Assembly (NCBI GenBank): GCA_028293445.1
Contig: JAQGOU010000115.1
Coordinates: forward strand, 4,129 to 68,128
DNA: 64,000 bases
Origin: Verrucomicrobiales bacterium
GTDB taxonomy: Bacteria; Verrucomicrobiota; Verrucomicrobiia; Limisphaerales; JACDHS01
Direction: 5' to 3'
Below, one piece after another: positions 27,582 through 37,891 of the stretch (the stretch's first letter is position 1; every line of letters begins with the position of its first letter). The translations under genes and the position numbers were made by a program. Below the pieces are notes generated by a model. It searched no databases. It was not told the DNA's origin and saw only the letters and a program-made list of their open reading frames with translations.

Positions 27582-28643
27582 TTAGGCCACGTTTCCTTCG
27601 TCGGGTGCTGCAGGCATCAGTCCGCGCTTGCGGGCCATCCGCAGAACCGCGCAGTCAATCTCCGCGTTCAACGCCGCCGGTTCAATAACCTCGAAGTGAT
27701 CTATATGGCCCATCAGAAAACATTTCACTTCTTCAAGGCTGTCTATTTGCATCGTCATCCGGGAAGTGCCGTCTTCGCGAATTTCAAATTTCTGCGTCGG
27801 ATGCCATTTGCGGTCGCAGACGATATCGGTGCTCCAGGTATCGAAATCGATGACGATGTTATGTTTCTCGGTTCCACCCATCGCACGGAACGCGCCACCG
27901 AGAACTTCATTCGGCGTCCAACCGGGCGGTTTCTCGAATGTGTCCTTAGTGATTTCCGGATTGGAAATCCGAGGCAGAACGTAAGTGTGAACTTTGCCGC
28001 GGCCGGGTGCGTCGGCGAGAACATACCAACGATAATCCACGAGGGCCCAACAATAGGGCATGAGGTAACGCTCATATTCCTCCCGCGAGTTGTGTCGGCG
28101 ATACATCGTTTTCACGACGCGTTGGTTTTCGATGGCGTATTGGATTGTTTCAAATTTTTTGAAGTCCACTTCGTTACCCGCCACCGGGCGCCAGGAAGCC
28201 ACCGTCTCAAAGTTGTCGAGAGAGAAGCGGGCGTTGGGGCTGACGAAGTCCACCACTTTATCCAGGAGCATCCGCAAGGGCGCGTAGAGTGGCGTGCCTT
28301 CGTATTGCTTGAGCAATTCGTCGAGCATGAACAAACCAAACATATCCTTGGACGTGAGCGTGATGACGGGAAATTTATCCATCTTTTCGGTGTAGTACCA
28401 GCCGTGCTCCTTGTCATTGTAATCCATTGGAAAATGCAAGTCGTTGCGCATGCATTCGATGTCCCGTTTGATCGTCTCCTCGGAGATTTCCAACTCCTCG
28501 GACAAAGTTCTCTTGTTTGGAAACACACCGGCCTGGAGACGATAATGGATATGAAAAATGCGAACGATAGCCGCGCGGTTCAGGCTGTAAGGAGTTTTTT
28601 CCGCGTCAAATTTTTCGAATTCCTTTTTTCCACTGTTTGTCAT
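27582..28643 (-). CDS. HTH-WYL-WCX family transcriptional regulator (paralog 1)
   Basis: ORF 27582..28691; preferred ATG 28643 (MTNSGKKEF). wHTH FPNKRTLSEELEISEETIKRDIECMRNDL. WYL-type beta region YLMPYCWALVDYRWYVLADAPGRGKVHTYVLPRISNPEI. A C-terminal extension domain follows. Confidence 0.8.
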   Translation of the reverse strand: MTNSGKKEFEKFDAEKTPYSLNRAAIVRIFHIHYRLQAGVFPNKRTLSEELEISEETIKRDIECMRNDLHFPMDYNDKEHGWYYTEKMDKFPVITLTSKDMFGLFMLDELLKQYEGTPLYAPLRMLLDKVVDFVSPNARFSLDNFETVASWRPVAGNEVDFKKFETIQYAIENQRVVKTMYRRHNSREEYERYLMPYCWALVDYRWYVLADAPGRGKVHTYVLPRISNPEITKDTFEKPPGWTPNEVLGGAFRAMGGTEKHNIVIDFDTWSTDIVCDRKWHPTQKFEIREDGTSRMTMQIDSLEEVKCFLMGHIDHFEVIEPAALNAEIDCAVLRMARKRGLMPAAPDEGNVA

Positions 28644-28902
28644 GCGTTGTGATTTGTTTTGTTTTAATTGCTGGCCCAGGTGAGTTCCCATTAAGGATCG
28701 TCCCGCCCCGGTTTCCGGGCGCGTTTATGCCGTAAACAGGAAAAATGGGGAAGAGAGAATTCTTACCGAGGAATCTGAAGGGCGCCACTCATCGCATGCT
28801 GGATGCAGGGATGTACTTTTTCTTCTTCGATCCATATTCCGCTTTACTGCTGCGCCGGCCTGTTACAAAGATTCTTCACGATTCTTTTTCAGAGTTAAAT
28901 CG

Positions 28903-29154
28903 ATGAGACAAATTTGGAGTTTTTTGCCGGGCGTGTTTTTCATGTCTTCCGCCTTGCTTGGTATATGGCGCGGCAAGATTTATTCCGGAAGAGGAAGTGG
29001 AACCATTTTCCAAAGCAAGGACCCGTTCGATTTTTATAAGACCGTCATTTATCACTCCATTCTGGGCACTATCTTCACGACAACCGCGGTGATTAATTTA
29101 GTGCATCCTCACTTCGGCCTGCTTCCACAGTTTCCAGATCCAGAGGGACCTTAG
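28903..29154 (+). CDS. Small two-TM membrane protein, hypothetical
   Basis: 83 aa with two hydrophobic segments. Lies 73 nt upstream of the PBP4-like gene on the same strand. Confidence 0.4.
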   Translation: MRQIWSFLPGVFFMSSALLGIWRGKIYSGRGSGTIFQSKDPFDFYKTVIYHSILGTIFTTTAVINLVHPHFGLLPQFPDPEGP

Positions 29155-29227
29155 ATCCCGGTTGGAGCTTTGCGCCGCCGTTTTCGCATTCGGGTTGATT
29201 CGGGAGTCCGCGTAGTTCAATCTCCTG

Positions 29228-31657
29228 ATGGGCTCTCTGGCGATGAAACAGTTTCTGATCAAAACACTTTTGCTCGCGCTTTTCTCGGTCGCGACACTTT
29301 CGTTTGGTCAGACGATTCCACAGCAAATCGACACCATTCTCGCTCGCTCCGCTGTCGCCGGGAATACGTGGACGATCCTCGTGCAGAACGAAACCGGCAC
29401 GGTCACTTATTACCAGAAGAATCCAACTACCGGCAAAGCGCCGGCTTCGAATACGAAGATCTTCACTACTGCTGCGGCCTTCGGACTTCTTGGAACGAAT
29501 CACTCTTTCGAGTCGCGCATTTATTATACTGGCACGTTCAGCGGAGGAGTCGTAAGTGGGAACCTGAATCTGGTTTGCGAACACGACATGACCTGGAACG
29601 AAGATACTCTCGGCACGGGTAATTCCCGGAAGGGACTCGACTTCATTACCACGAAACTGAAGGCGCTCGGGCTCGCGGCGGTCAGCGGCAACGTACAGGT
29701 CTACGGCGTCTGCATGTATGATCGCGATTCGACCGATGACACGCGAACGTTGAGCAATCAAGCCAGTTACAATACCAACGCGGCCATTGCCTTTCAGGCG
29801 GCGTTGTTCGCCCAGGGAATTACTACGGGCGGCAGCGCGTCGGGACAAACCGGATTCACACCACCAGGAACGCTGCTCTACACTTACCAATCCACCAATC
29901 TCACCTACAATGGGAAACCGTTGCAGTTGGACGTGGCGTGCATTCCGCTGATGAAAGTAAGCCATAACGTGATGGCGGATGAGCTTCTGCGTCACATCGG
30001 TTACAAGATCAGCGGCACGGATAGTTTCACAGCGGGCAAGAATCAAGTATTCGCCTGGCTGCAGAATACCGTCGGCATCTCCACCGCCGGCACCACGATG
30101 CTCGATGGCTCGGGGCTTTCGCACAGTGACTCTTTTTCCGCACAACAAGTCGTCTCGGTGGTCCGTTACATGTTGGGCCCGACATATCCGACCTGGAAAA
30201 CGACGTTGCCGATTGGTTGTTACGACGGAACGATCGGCGGCCGGTTCTGCGGGACGGATGGCGCCAATCAGGTGCACGCGAAAACGGGAAGCCTCAGCAT
30301 CTCGATTGCGTTGAGCGGTTACATCGATAATAAAAACGATAATCGACGTTATCTCTTCTCTTTCCTCAGCAACGTGGTCGATCCGAACGACATCGATCAG
30401 CCGAACACGCGGGATGCGATCGATGATTGTGTGGTGCTTCTCGGGGCGCGGGGTGTGCCGACCAGTCCGCAGATTACCTCCGTGACCAACCGCGCCAATG
30501 GATCGCTCCGTGTCAGCTGGTCGGATGAAGGTTTTGTGCGGACGAATTATCTGCTCTACGGAAGCGCGGATGGGATTACTTTTGATCCCGCCATCAGCCT
30601 CGGAAGCAATGTGCAGAATTATACCGAGACGCTCCCCCTCGGGACGAAACGATATTACCGCGTGAGCGTCGGCGGCACTGGCGGAGAAGGTCCGCCGTCG
30701 CGAGTTTATGGCGCCAAGTCCAGCAACAGCAAATCACCGGTGTTGATTGTGGATGGGGAGGATCGGTGGCAATCGATTACTAACGATAATCCGAACGCGA
30801 ATAATCACCCGTTCGCTGCGATTGCGGGACAGAGCATCAATGGCCCGGCGTTCGATACGGTGAATCATGACGCGGTGATCAATGGAACTGTTCCGCTCAC
30901 AAATTATCCAGAGGTGGTCTGGTTGCTCGGCGAGGACTCGACGGTGGATGAAAGTTTTTCGACCGCTGAACAGGCACTGGTGACATCCTATCTCACAACG
31001 AACGGGAATCTGTTTCTGTCCGGTTCCGAGATCGGCTGGGATCTGGATCGCCCCAATGGAACGACGTCACCGACGACGGCGGACCGGAATTTTTATCACA
31101 ACCAATTGCGCGCCACTTACGCGAACGACGACGCGGCGACTTACTCCTTTGCTTCCACGACAAACAGTATTTTTTCCGGGAACGCGAGCGGGACCTTCGA
31201 TAACGGAACGCATGGAACCTATAACGTTGATTTCCCTGATGTGTTAACTCCAACGGGAGGCAGCGTGTCCGCAATGACCTATGTCGGTGGAACCGGCGGA
31301 ACGGCGGCAGTGGTTTATGATGGTTCGCCAACGACGGGTAAAGTGGTGAACTTCGGCATTCCCTTCGAGACGATCGCCCCAGCCTCCGCGCGGGACGCCT
31401 ACATGTTTGATATCCTTCGCTTCTTCGGCGTGATCGCTGAACCGAAATTTTCTGCGCCACAATTAGCCCCACCGCAAATTGTATTGTCCTGGAACGCGAG
31501 TGCGGGACTGAAGTATCGGCTGCAATATAAAACGGATCTTAGTCTTCCCACCTGGACAGATGTGGCGCCGGACATTACCGCAACGAACACAATAGTGACG
31601 GCCACGAATTCAATAGGATCGACGGCGAAGTTCTTCCGGGTGTTGCTGGTGAACTGA
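29228..31657 (+). CDS. Secreted D-Ala-D-Ala carboxypeptidase/endopeptidase (PBP4, peptidase S13) fused to FN3 + uncharacterised domain + C-terminal beta-sandwich
   Basis: 809 aa. Signal peptide, SxxK (PASNTKIFTTAAAF), DGSGLSHSD, KTGS (VHAKTGSLS). Then FN3 (PQITSVTN...YYRVSV), a ~270-aa domain (VLIVDGEDRW...FLSGSEIGWDL) and the tail LKYRLQYKTDL...AKFFRVLLVN. Confidence 0.8.
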   Translation: MGSLAMKQFLIKTLLLALFSVATLSFGQTIPQQIDTILARSAVAGNTWTILVQNETGTVTYYQKNPTTGKAPASNTKIFTTAAAFGLLGTNHSFESRIYYTGTFSGGVVSGNLNLVCEHDMTWNEDTLGTGNSRKGLDFITTKLKALGLAAVSGNVQVYGVCMYDRDSTDDTRTLSNQASYNTNAAIAFQAALFAQGITTGGSASGQTGFTPPGTLLYTYQSTNLTYNGKPLQLDVACIPLMKVSHNVMADELLRHIGYKISGTDSFTAGKNQVFAWLQNTVGISTAGTTMLDGSGLSHSDSFSAQQVVSVVRYMLGPTYPTWKTTLPIGCYDGTIGGRFCGTDGANQVHAKTGSLSISIALSGYIDNKNDNRRYLFSFLSNVVDPNDIDQPNTRDAIDDCVVLLGARGVPTSPQITSVTNRANGSLRVSWSDEGFVRTNYLLYGSADGITFDPAISLGSNVQNYTETLPLGTKRYYRVSVGGTGGEGPPSRVYGAKSSNSKSPVLIVDGEDRWQSITNDNPNANNHPFAAIAGQSINGPAFDTVNHDAVINGTVPLTNYPEVVWLLGEDSTVDESFSTAEQALVTSYLTTNGNLFLSGSEIGWDLDRPNGTTSPTTADRNFYHNQLRATYANDDAATYSFASTTNSIFSGNASGTFDNGTHGTYNVDFPDVLTPTGGSVSAMTYVGGTGGTAAVVYDGSPTTGKVVNFGIPFETIAPASARDAYMFDILRFFGVIAEPKFSAPQLAPPQIVLSWNASAGLKYRLQYKTDLSLPTWTDVAPDITATNTIVTATNSIGSTAKFFRVLLVN

Positions 31658-31678
31658 GGAATCGGCTTCTTCCTCGCG

Positions 31679-32887
31679 TTACCACCTCGGCGGCCCTTCA
31701 TTTTCCACGCCGCTGTTCCAGTAATGAAACATTTCGTCGGCGGTTGGTATCTTCAGCGGGCGGATGATGCGAAAGCCGACGAATTGAGCCTTATCTAAAT
31801 ACCAAATCGACGGCGGAAGGTTTGGATCGGTCTTCCACACCTTATCGGATTTCTCACGGGCGGCACTGCGAAGTTGGAATTCCCCATTGGCATCGGACTT
31901 CTCGGTTTCTCCAAACGCTCTCCACGCTCCGCCTCGAATCACGTGCGGATACGGCTGGGTCGCTTTATTCCAGGGGTTGGCTGACGCCGCCTTTCCTTGC
32001 GCGTAGAAATTGGGGTCGTATTGATCCAGACACCATTCAGCAACGTTGCCGTGCATATCATAGAGTCCCCATGGATTCGGCTTCTTCTTCCCAACCTTGT
32101 GATACTTCCGATCGCTGTTGTCTTCAAACCACGCGTAATCGCTCAGGTTCGTGGGATTATTGCCAAAGGAATACGCAGTCGTCGTGCCGGCGCGACAGGC
32201 GTATTCCCATTCGGCTTCGGTAGGAAGGCGATAAAAGTGGCCGGTCTTAGCGCTGAGCCATTCGCAATATTTATTGGCACCATGTTGCGTCATGGCAAGG
32301 GCGGGACAACCATTCTTCCCCATGCCGAAGCTCAATTCATCATATGGCTTCGTGGGCTTCGCCACAGCATCAGAAGCATCGCCGACGCGGTTTGTATCTT
32401 TGGGATAGGGCTCTTCCATGTTCAACATGAATGGCTCGTATTCGGCCCAGGTGACTTCACATTGCTCCATCCAAAACGGAGAGACTTTTACCTTACGCTG
32501 CGGCCCTTCATCCGCGCGACGTCCGACTTCGTTTTCAGGACTACCCATCGTGAATTCACCGCCAGGAATGGGGACCATCACATAAGAAAAATCAACGGGC
32601 TTATTCCTCGCGGCTGGGTTTACGTAACGAGTGTTGCGATCGATCGCATGGACGGCATTGGAGTAAAGCTTCATCTCAGCTTCACTCGTTTCACGGCTCC
32701 CGGCAACAATCACGCGGCGCAACTCAGACACCAATGCCAATTCCTTTTCCCGTTGTTGTTTTATGGCTCGCTCCCATTCCTGTTTTTGCGCGACCTCTTG
32801 TGGAGACAATATCCTCTCAGCCGCGGGCAAATTGGGAATGAAAAACGTCGCGGCCACCCCGGCAAGAATCAGAGCCAATGCTTTCAT
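31679..32887 (-). CDS. Formylglycine-generating enzyme family protein (SUMF1/FGE-sulfatase domain)
   Basis: ORF 31679..33220. I prefer ATG 32887 (MKALALILAGVAATFF, signal peptide), which removes the overlap with the sulfatase gene. Motifs WGLYDMHGNVAEWCLD and RGGAW. Confidence 0.85.
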   Translation of the reverse strand: MKALALILAGVAATFFIPNLPAAERILSPQEVAQKQEWERAIKQQREKELALVSELRRVIVAGSRETSEAEMKLYSNAVHAIDRNTRYVNPAARNKPVDFSYVMVPIPGGEFTMGSPENEVGRRADEGPQRKVKVSPFWMEQCEVTWAEYEPFMLNMEEPYPKDTNRVGDASDAVAKPTKPYDELSFGMGKNGCPALAMTQHGANKYCEWLSAKTGHFYRLPTEAEWEYACRAGTTTAYSFGNNPTNLSDYAWFEDNSDRKYHKVGKKKPNPWGLYDMHGNVAEWCLDQYDPNFYAQGKAASANPWNKATQPYPHVIRGGAWRAFGETEKSDANGEFQLRSAAREKSDKVWKTDPNLPPSIWYLDKAQFVGFRIIRPLKIPTADEMFHYWNSGVENEGPPRW

Positions 32888-32954
32888 GCGTGTGGAGAAC
32901 CTAATCTGCACCGGATGCAAAAGCAGGGAGAAAATAAATGGAACGCAGTCGTTT

Positions 32955-34652
32955 CTATTCGCCTGCGGCTTTTCCTTTCCATCCGCCAAGAGGAAGCACA
33001 TTGGCTCGAGCGGCCCAGGCATCCCAACTCGCGGACATCTCCTGAACTTTCTTGGGATTCTTCGAGGCGAGATTGTGCATTTCTGTCCGGTCGGCCTCCA
33101 TGTCGTAGAGTTCCCAGGATTCATCGGCTTTAGCGACGAGTTTCCAGTTCCCGTCACGGACAGCGCGATTACTTTCATGTTCCCAGAAGATGGGATTCTT
33201 GCGGGCCAACACATCGCCATTGAACGTGGTACGAAGGCTCACACCCTCCATCGGTTTGATCTTCTCGCCGTGAAGTTCCTTCGGATAAGTGGCGCCCGCC
33301 ACATCGACACACGTCGCCATAAGATCAATTACATGGCCCGGCGATTTCTCGATGGCTCCCGTTCGTTTCGCCGGGATTCCTTTTGGCCAATGTGCGATGA
33401 GCGGCGTCGAAATGCCGCCTTCATGCACCCAATGTTTATATTCGCGAAATGGGGTGTTCGAAACGTTCGCCCATGCCCGGCCGTAAGCAATGTAAGTGTC
33501 AGCGGGACCCGGCATCACGCCCGGACCGGTGCGGACCCAACGACCGTCGCGGGTTTGCATCGGCGGTTTGGTTTGCATCTGAAGTTCATCGGGTTTCATC
33601 GGACGGAGACGAGGTTCACTGCCCGCCGGAGGAGCTTTGCGGCCCATGTCCTCCGCGCAACCACCGTTGTCCTGCAAAAAGAAAATGAGGGTGTTCTCGA
33701 GTTGCTTTTGTTGTTCCAACTCGGCAATCACTCGACCGATGCCTTGATCCATGTTGTCGATCATCGCATCGAATACTTCCTTGCAACGGGCTTCCCACTT
33801 TTTCTTTTTTACGGAATCCCAGTCGCCGGCTGTGGCCGGGATTTCCCATTTCGGATCGATTAAACCAAGTTGCTTGAGGCGTTCGGCGCGAGCCTTGCGG
33901 ACAGGATCGTAGCCGGTGTCGAATTTTCCTTTGTACCTCTCAATATCCTTTTCCAACGCGTGCATCGGCCAATGTGCTGCGGTGTAAGCCAGATACATGA
34001 AGAACGGTTTGCCGGGAGATTCCGTCTGATGCTGGTGCAGATATTGCACGGCGTTGTCGCTTAAGGCGTCGGTATAATAATATTCCTTGGGTTTATACTC
34101 CGGGTCGTTCACGGGAGTGATGAACGTATTCTGACGACACAGAGCCGAGGGATCATAGAAACTGCCGTAGCCCCGCAGCGTGCCGTAAAACTTGTCGAAA
34201 CCGCGCTGCACCGGCCAATTCGATTGGTCATCCTTCGGGCCGTCGAACTTCGTGACGTGCCACTTGCCGCACATGTAAGTGCGATAACCAGCGGGGCGGA
34301 GGACCTCGGCGATCGTCGCACAGTTACGATTCAAATTACTGCGATACCCTTCAATCCCGCGATCCACCATCATGTGGCCGAGGCCGGTTTGGTGGGGATA
34401 CAATCCGGTGAGCAAGGAAGCGCGTGAAGGGCAACAGCGGGCGGTGTTGTAAAATTGCGTGTAGCGAATTCCGTTTTTGGCCAGCGAATCGATGTTCGGC
34501 GTTTTGATCTCACTCCCAAAACAGCCGATGTCCGAGAACCCGAGATCGTCGGCAAGGATGATCAGAATGTTCGGCTTGTCCGCGGCGCGAACCGTGGCGA
34601 CGGCGAGCGCCAGAGAACTGATTACTATGATTCGTTTGATGAAGCGTTTCAT
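32955..34652 (-). CDS. Arylsulfatase (type I, formylglycine-dependent)
   Basis: ORF 32955..34706; preferred ATG 34652 (MKRFIKRIIVISSLALAVA). PNILIILADDLGFSDIGCFG and the sulfatase signature CCPSRASLLTG (C-x-P-x-R). Confidence 0.9.
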   Translation of the reverse strand: MKRFIKRIIVISSLALAVATVRAADKPNILIILADDLGFSDIGCFGSEIKTPNIDSLAKNGIRYTQFYNTARCCPSRASLLTGLYPHQTGLGHMMVDRGIEGYRSNLNRNCATIAEVLRPAGYRTYMCGKWHVTKFDGPKDDQSNWPVQRGFDKFYGTLRGYGSFYDPSALCRQNTFITPVNDPEYKPKEYYYTDALSDNAVQYLHQHQTESPGKPFFMYLAYTAAHWPMHALEKDIERYKGKFDTGYDPVRKARAERLKQLGLIDPKWEIPATAGDWDSVKKKKWEARCKEVFDAMIDNMDQGIGRVIAELEQQKQLENTLIFFLQDNGGCAEDMGRKAPPAGSEPRLRPMKPDELQMQTKPPMQTRDGRWVRTGPGVMPGPADTYIAYGRAWANVSNTPFREYKHWVHEGGISTPLIAHWPKGIPAKRTGAIEKSPGHVIDLMATCVDVAGATYPKELHGEKIKPMEGVSLRTTFNGDVLARKNPIFWEHESNRAVRDGNWKLVAKADESWELYDMEADRTEMHNLASKNPKKVQEMSASWDAWAARANVLPLGGWKGKAAGE

Positions 34653-36184
34653 TTGAGTTTCTTTTCGCAAACCAGAAGTGTCACCGACTGTGGCGGGCAA
34701 ACCCATTCAGGTTTCGAAGATGTTTCCATTAACTTTGGCTTGAGGCGGTCGGGCTGGATAAAAGTATTCGCGGAGAAGACGTCCGCATCGGACAACGTCC
34801 ATGAAGTGCTCGGAATAAAACCTGACGGCAACTTCAACACCGTTTTTGCTGTAGCCGTGGGATGACGATTCACGATCGCGAGCGAGAGCTTGCCATCTTC
34901 CCGCAGGGCCGCTGTGACATCGAGCCACGGTTGCGGAGAGATTTTAAAATCTGGCGGCGGTTTATGTTTTGGTGTGTGCGTCTGCGGCAGCGGCGGAGTG
35001 GTGGTTGGACAATTCACTGTCACGGACAATGCGTGTCCAGTCATGCATTCGCGGTACTTTTGGAAAACATGGAACAACGGTGTGGTAACAATCTGGTCGC
35101 GGTTGACCAACATCACGCCGTTTCCATTAACGAGAAAAACATAATTGGCCATCGCCACACGCGGGCTGAGACGAATCATGCTATTTAAAACTCCCGCCAC
35201 GAAGACGGCATCCTGCAAGGTACGAGGATCTTTACGGTTTAATTGATCACCTTGGTAGTGGCGAATATTCCATTCGTCCATCGCTATCCCGATCGGCTCC
35301 TGGTTTGCACGTTGCGCGGCGAACTCGTCGATAACTCGCAGCATCTTGCGCAGCCGTTGCTCAAAATAAACCGGCGTAAAGGCGACGGCCTCGAATTCAT
35401 CCTTGCGCCCCGTGGAATAGCCATAAGCATGGATCGTCAAAAAATCCAAATTCTGTCCCGCCGCTTGAAGGACCGCTCGATCCCACTCCGGATTTTCGGC
35501 GGACATCGAACCGACGCCCATGATTTTGACTCGTGGGTCACGCACACGCACAGCCGCCGACCATTTCGCGAGAGTCCTGGCGTAAGTCGGCGCATCCATG
35601 TTACCAGCTTCCCAAGGGGCGAACGTTTCATTGCCGATGCCCCAGAATTGCACGCGCTGATTGGTGGCGTTGCAGTAACTCAGCCAATCCAAACATTCAT
35701 TCAGGGTGCCAGTGCCGAGATTGACGTTTATGTAAGCGGAGCAACCGACTTGCTTGCACCAATTGAGAAATTCATCGGTGCCAAAATGATTGGGTTCCTC
35801 ACCGCCCCAATGCTTATTCATCCGAAGCGGACGCTTTTCCTGCGGACCAACGCCATCCCGCCAGTGGTAAACATCGGCGAAACAACCCCCCGGCCAGCGC
35901 ACCACGGGTGTCCCAAGCTGCCGAGCGACCGCCATGACATCCGTGCGCAGGCCTGAGTTATCCCGGAACGTCGAATTCGTATCCCAAAGCGCAGGGTAAA
36001 TGCACTCATCCTCCCGCTGCACATGCTCAAGATATTGCCCATAGATGTTCTGACTAATCCGACCGAGAGGAGTAGCGACATCGACGCTGATAGATGCCAC
36101 GAACTCGTTCGTTCCCGCGGTGAGAGACAGGCAGAACAGGCATTGCAGAAAAAAGAGCGGGATAATTTTTTCCGAAGAATGCAT
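34649..36184 (-). CDS. Alpha-L-arabinofuranosidase-like glycoside hydrolase (GH51-like)
   Basis: 511 aa. Signal peptide, NIYGQYLEH, VRWPGGCFADVYHWRDGVGP, NHFGTDEF, WGIGNE. 4-nt overlap with the sulfatase start. Confidence 0.75.
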   Translation of the reverse strand: MHSSEKIIPLFFLQCLFCLSLTAGTNEFVASISVDVATPLGRISQNIYGQYLEHVQREDECIYPALWDTNSTFRDNSGLRTDVMAVARQLGTPVVRWPGGCFADVYHWRDGVGPQEKRPLRMNKHWGGEEPNHFGTDEFLNWCKQVGCSAYINVNLGTGTLNECLDWLSYCNATNQRVQFWGIGNETFAPWEAGNMDAPTYARTLAKWSAAVRVRDPRVKIMGVGSMSAENPEWDRAVLQAAGQNLDFLTIHAYGYSTGRKDEFEAVAFTPVYFEQRLRKMLRVIDEFAAQRANQEPIGIAMDEWNIRHYQGDQLNRKDPRTLQDAVFVAGVLNSMIRLSPRVAMANYVFLVNGNGVMLVNRDQIVTTPLFHVFQKYRECMTGHALSVTVNCPTTTPPLPQTHTPKHKPPPDFKISPQPWLDVTAALREDGKLSLAIVNRHPTATAKTVLKLPSGFIPSTSWTLSDADVFSANTFIQPDRLKPKLMETSSKPEWVCPPQSVTLLVCEKKLK

Positions 36185-36321
36185 GGCCTGAGGCTGATGT
36201 TAGATCGGACGAATCATAGTGTGCGACAACAATTGGACGCGCGAACGCGACAGAGGTTTCGCGGGTTCAGTCGATTTGCCGATTGACTCCGCGCATAGCT
36301 CTGAGAATTTAATCGCCCTCT

Positions 36322-37872
36322 ATGGCAAAGATTCAGCGCGCCCTGCTCTCCGTTTTCGACAAAACCGGTTTGGTTCCCTTTGCCCAGATTTTGAAGGACG
36401 CGGGCGTGGAAATTATTTCGACCGGCGGCACGGCGAAAGCGTTGCGGGATGCCGGCATCACCGCGACAGAATTGAGTGCTTACACGGAGTTTCCCGAGAT
36501 GCTCGATGGTCGCGTGAAAACGTTGCATCCGAAAGTTCACGGCGGATTGCTCTATATCCGCGGAAATGCCGAACACGAAAAGGCGGTTAAGAAACATAAG
36601 ATTGGCCCGATAGATCTCGTCGTCGTAAATCTTTATCCCTTTGAACAAACGATCGCCAAGCCGGGGGTCACGGTCCATGACGCGATCGAAAACATTGATA
36701 TTGGCGGTCCGTCCATGTTGCGTAGCGCAGCGAAAAACCATGACAGTGTCACGGTCGTGATCGATCCGGCAGATTACGCCGAGATTGCAGATGAAATTAA
36801 GGCAAACGGAAATACCACCGTTGAACAACGACGCAAACTCGCCGTGAAAGTTTTTGCGCGCACATCCGCCTACGACGGAATTATCGCCGCGCATTTCACC
36901 AAGGCATTCGAGCTCGAGACTTCGGAACTACCGCAAACATTGCGCGTCAGCGAAGGTCAGGCACAAGCGTTGCGTTACGGCGAAAACCCGCATCAGCGCG
37001 CAGCACTTTATGGAAATTTCAAAGAGTATTTTCAACAGCTACACGGCAAGGAACTTTCCTATAACAACATTCTCGATCTGACTGCGGCCGCAAATTTGAT
37101 TGGGGAGTTCGCCGGTGAAGCGCCAACATTGGCGATCCTTAAGCACACCAACCCGTGCGGTGTGGGCCAGGGAAAAACGTTGCGCGAGGCGTGGGAAAAA
37201 GCATTTGCGACGGACAAACAAGCGCCCTTCGGCGGTATCATCGCCGTAAATGAGAAACTGGATTTGCATTGCGCGGAAGCCATTGCTGAAATTTTCAGCG
37301 AAGTGATCGTGGCGCCAGATTTCGCGCCGGATGCACTGGCTTTGCTGCAGAAAAAGAAAAACCTTCGATTGCTCAAAATTCTGAAGAGCCCGGCCACCGC
37401 TCAGCCGTGGGATATTCGTAGCGTCGGCGCCGAATCTTTTCTTCTGCAAGAACGCGATTTGAAAACGGTGACGGCATCTGATTTGAAATTTGTTACGAAA
37501 CGTCAACCGACCGAGGCGGAACTAAAAGCGATGCTGTTTGGATGGCGGGTCGTGAAACACGTGAAGTCGAACGCAATCGTCTATGCCGCGAATGATTGCA
37601 CGCTGGGCGTGGGCGCAGGGCAAATGAGCCGGGTCGATTCTAGTCGGATTGCGGTTTGGAAAGCTGGCGAAGCAAAACTGTCTCTCAAAGGCAGTGTCGT
37701 CTGTAGCGATGCGTTTTTCCCTTTTGCAGATGGATTAATTGCCGCAGCCGAAGCAGGTGCGACCGCAGCGATTCAACCAGGCGGGTCCATGCGTGACGCA
37801 GAAGTCATCGCCGCAGCGGATGAACGTGGGATTGCGATGGCCTTTACGGGACTGCGCCATTTCCGCCACTAA
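36322..37872 (+). CDS. purH: Bifunctional AICAR formyltransferase / IMP cyclohydrolase
   Basis: 516 aa. [41 protein letters not shown]...[14 protein letters not shown] and the C-terminal GGSMRD...[12 protein letters not shown] are classic PurH motifs. Confidence 0.97.
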   Translation: MAKIQRALLSVFDKTGLVPFAQILKDAGVEIISTGGTAKALRDAGITATELSAYTEFPEMLDGRVKTLHPKVHGGLLYIRGNAEHEKAVKKHKIGPIDLVVVNLYPFEQTIAKPGVTVHDAIENIDIGGPSMLRSAAKNHDSVTVVIDPADYAEIADEIKANGNTTVEQRRKLAVKVFARTSAYDGIIAAHFTKAFELETSELPQTLRVSEGQAQALRYGENPHQRAALYGNFKEYFQQLHGKELSYNNILDLTAAANLIGEFAGEAPTLAILKHTNPCGVGQGKTLREAWEKAFATDKQAPFGGIIAVNEKLDLHCAEAIAEIFSEVIVAPDFAPDALALLQKKKNLRLLKILKSPATAQPWDIRSVGAESFLLQERDLKTVTASDLKFVTKRQPTEAELKAMLFGWRVVKHVKSNAIVYAANDCTLGVGAGQMSRVDSSRIAVWKAGEAKLSLKGSVVCSDAFFPFADGLIAAAEAGATAAIQPGGSMRDAEVIAAADERGIAMAFTGLRHFRH

Positions 37873-37891
37873 ACCGGAAACGGGTTTGAGC

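Noticed and set aside
27423-28652. 409-aa plus-strand ORF.
   Set aside because: It is antisense shadow of the WYL regulator gene and starts inside the RAYT right-flank repeat. The product is low-complexity and R/H-rich with no motifs, whereas the minus-strand product has clear HTH and WYL motifs.
23246-31657. An anti-phage defence island around WYL regulator 1 and the RAYT.
   Set aside because: No nuclease, ATPase, methyltransferase, reverse transcriptase, TIR/SIR2, cyclase or other recognisable defence component is present. The neighbours are secreted FN3/HEAT/PBP4-type proteins, so the idea cannot be supported from sequence.
31679-33220. The extended N-termini offered by the ORF track for several minus-strand genes: FGE to 33220, sulfatase to 34706, ThuA to 43431, DUF1501 to 54238, DUF1573-cyt c to 60597, HEAT to 62501, the unknown protein to 63505, and the cupin from 566.
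   Set aside because: The extensions overlap neighbouring genes or repeats and read as low-complexity sequence. Internal ATGs give canonical signal peptides or Tat motifs immediately, so the shorter models were used.
36185-36321. ZTP (pfl) riboswitch upstream of purH.
   Set aside because: purH is a classic ZTP-riboswitch target, so I read the leader. The conserved 3' CCGCCUGGGC element and the 5' GGGUCGUGACUGGCG-like element are not present.
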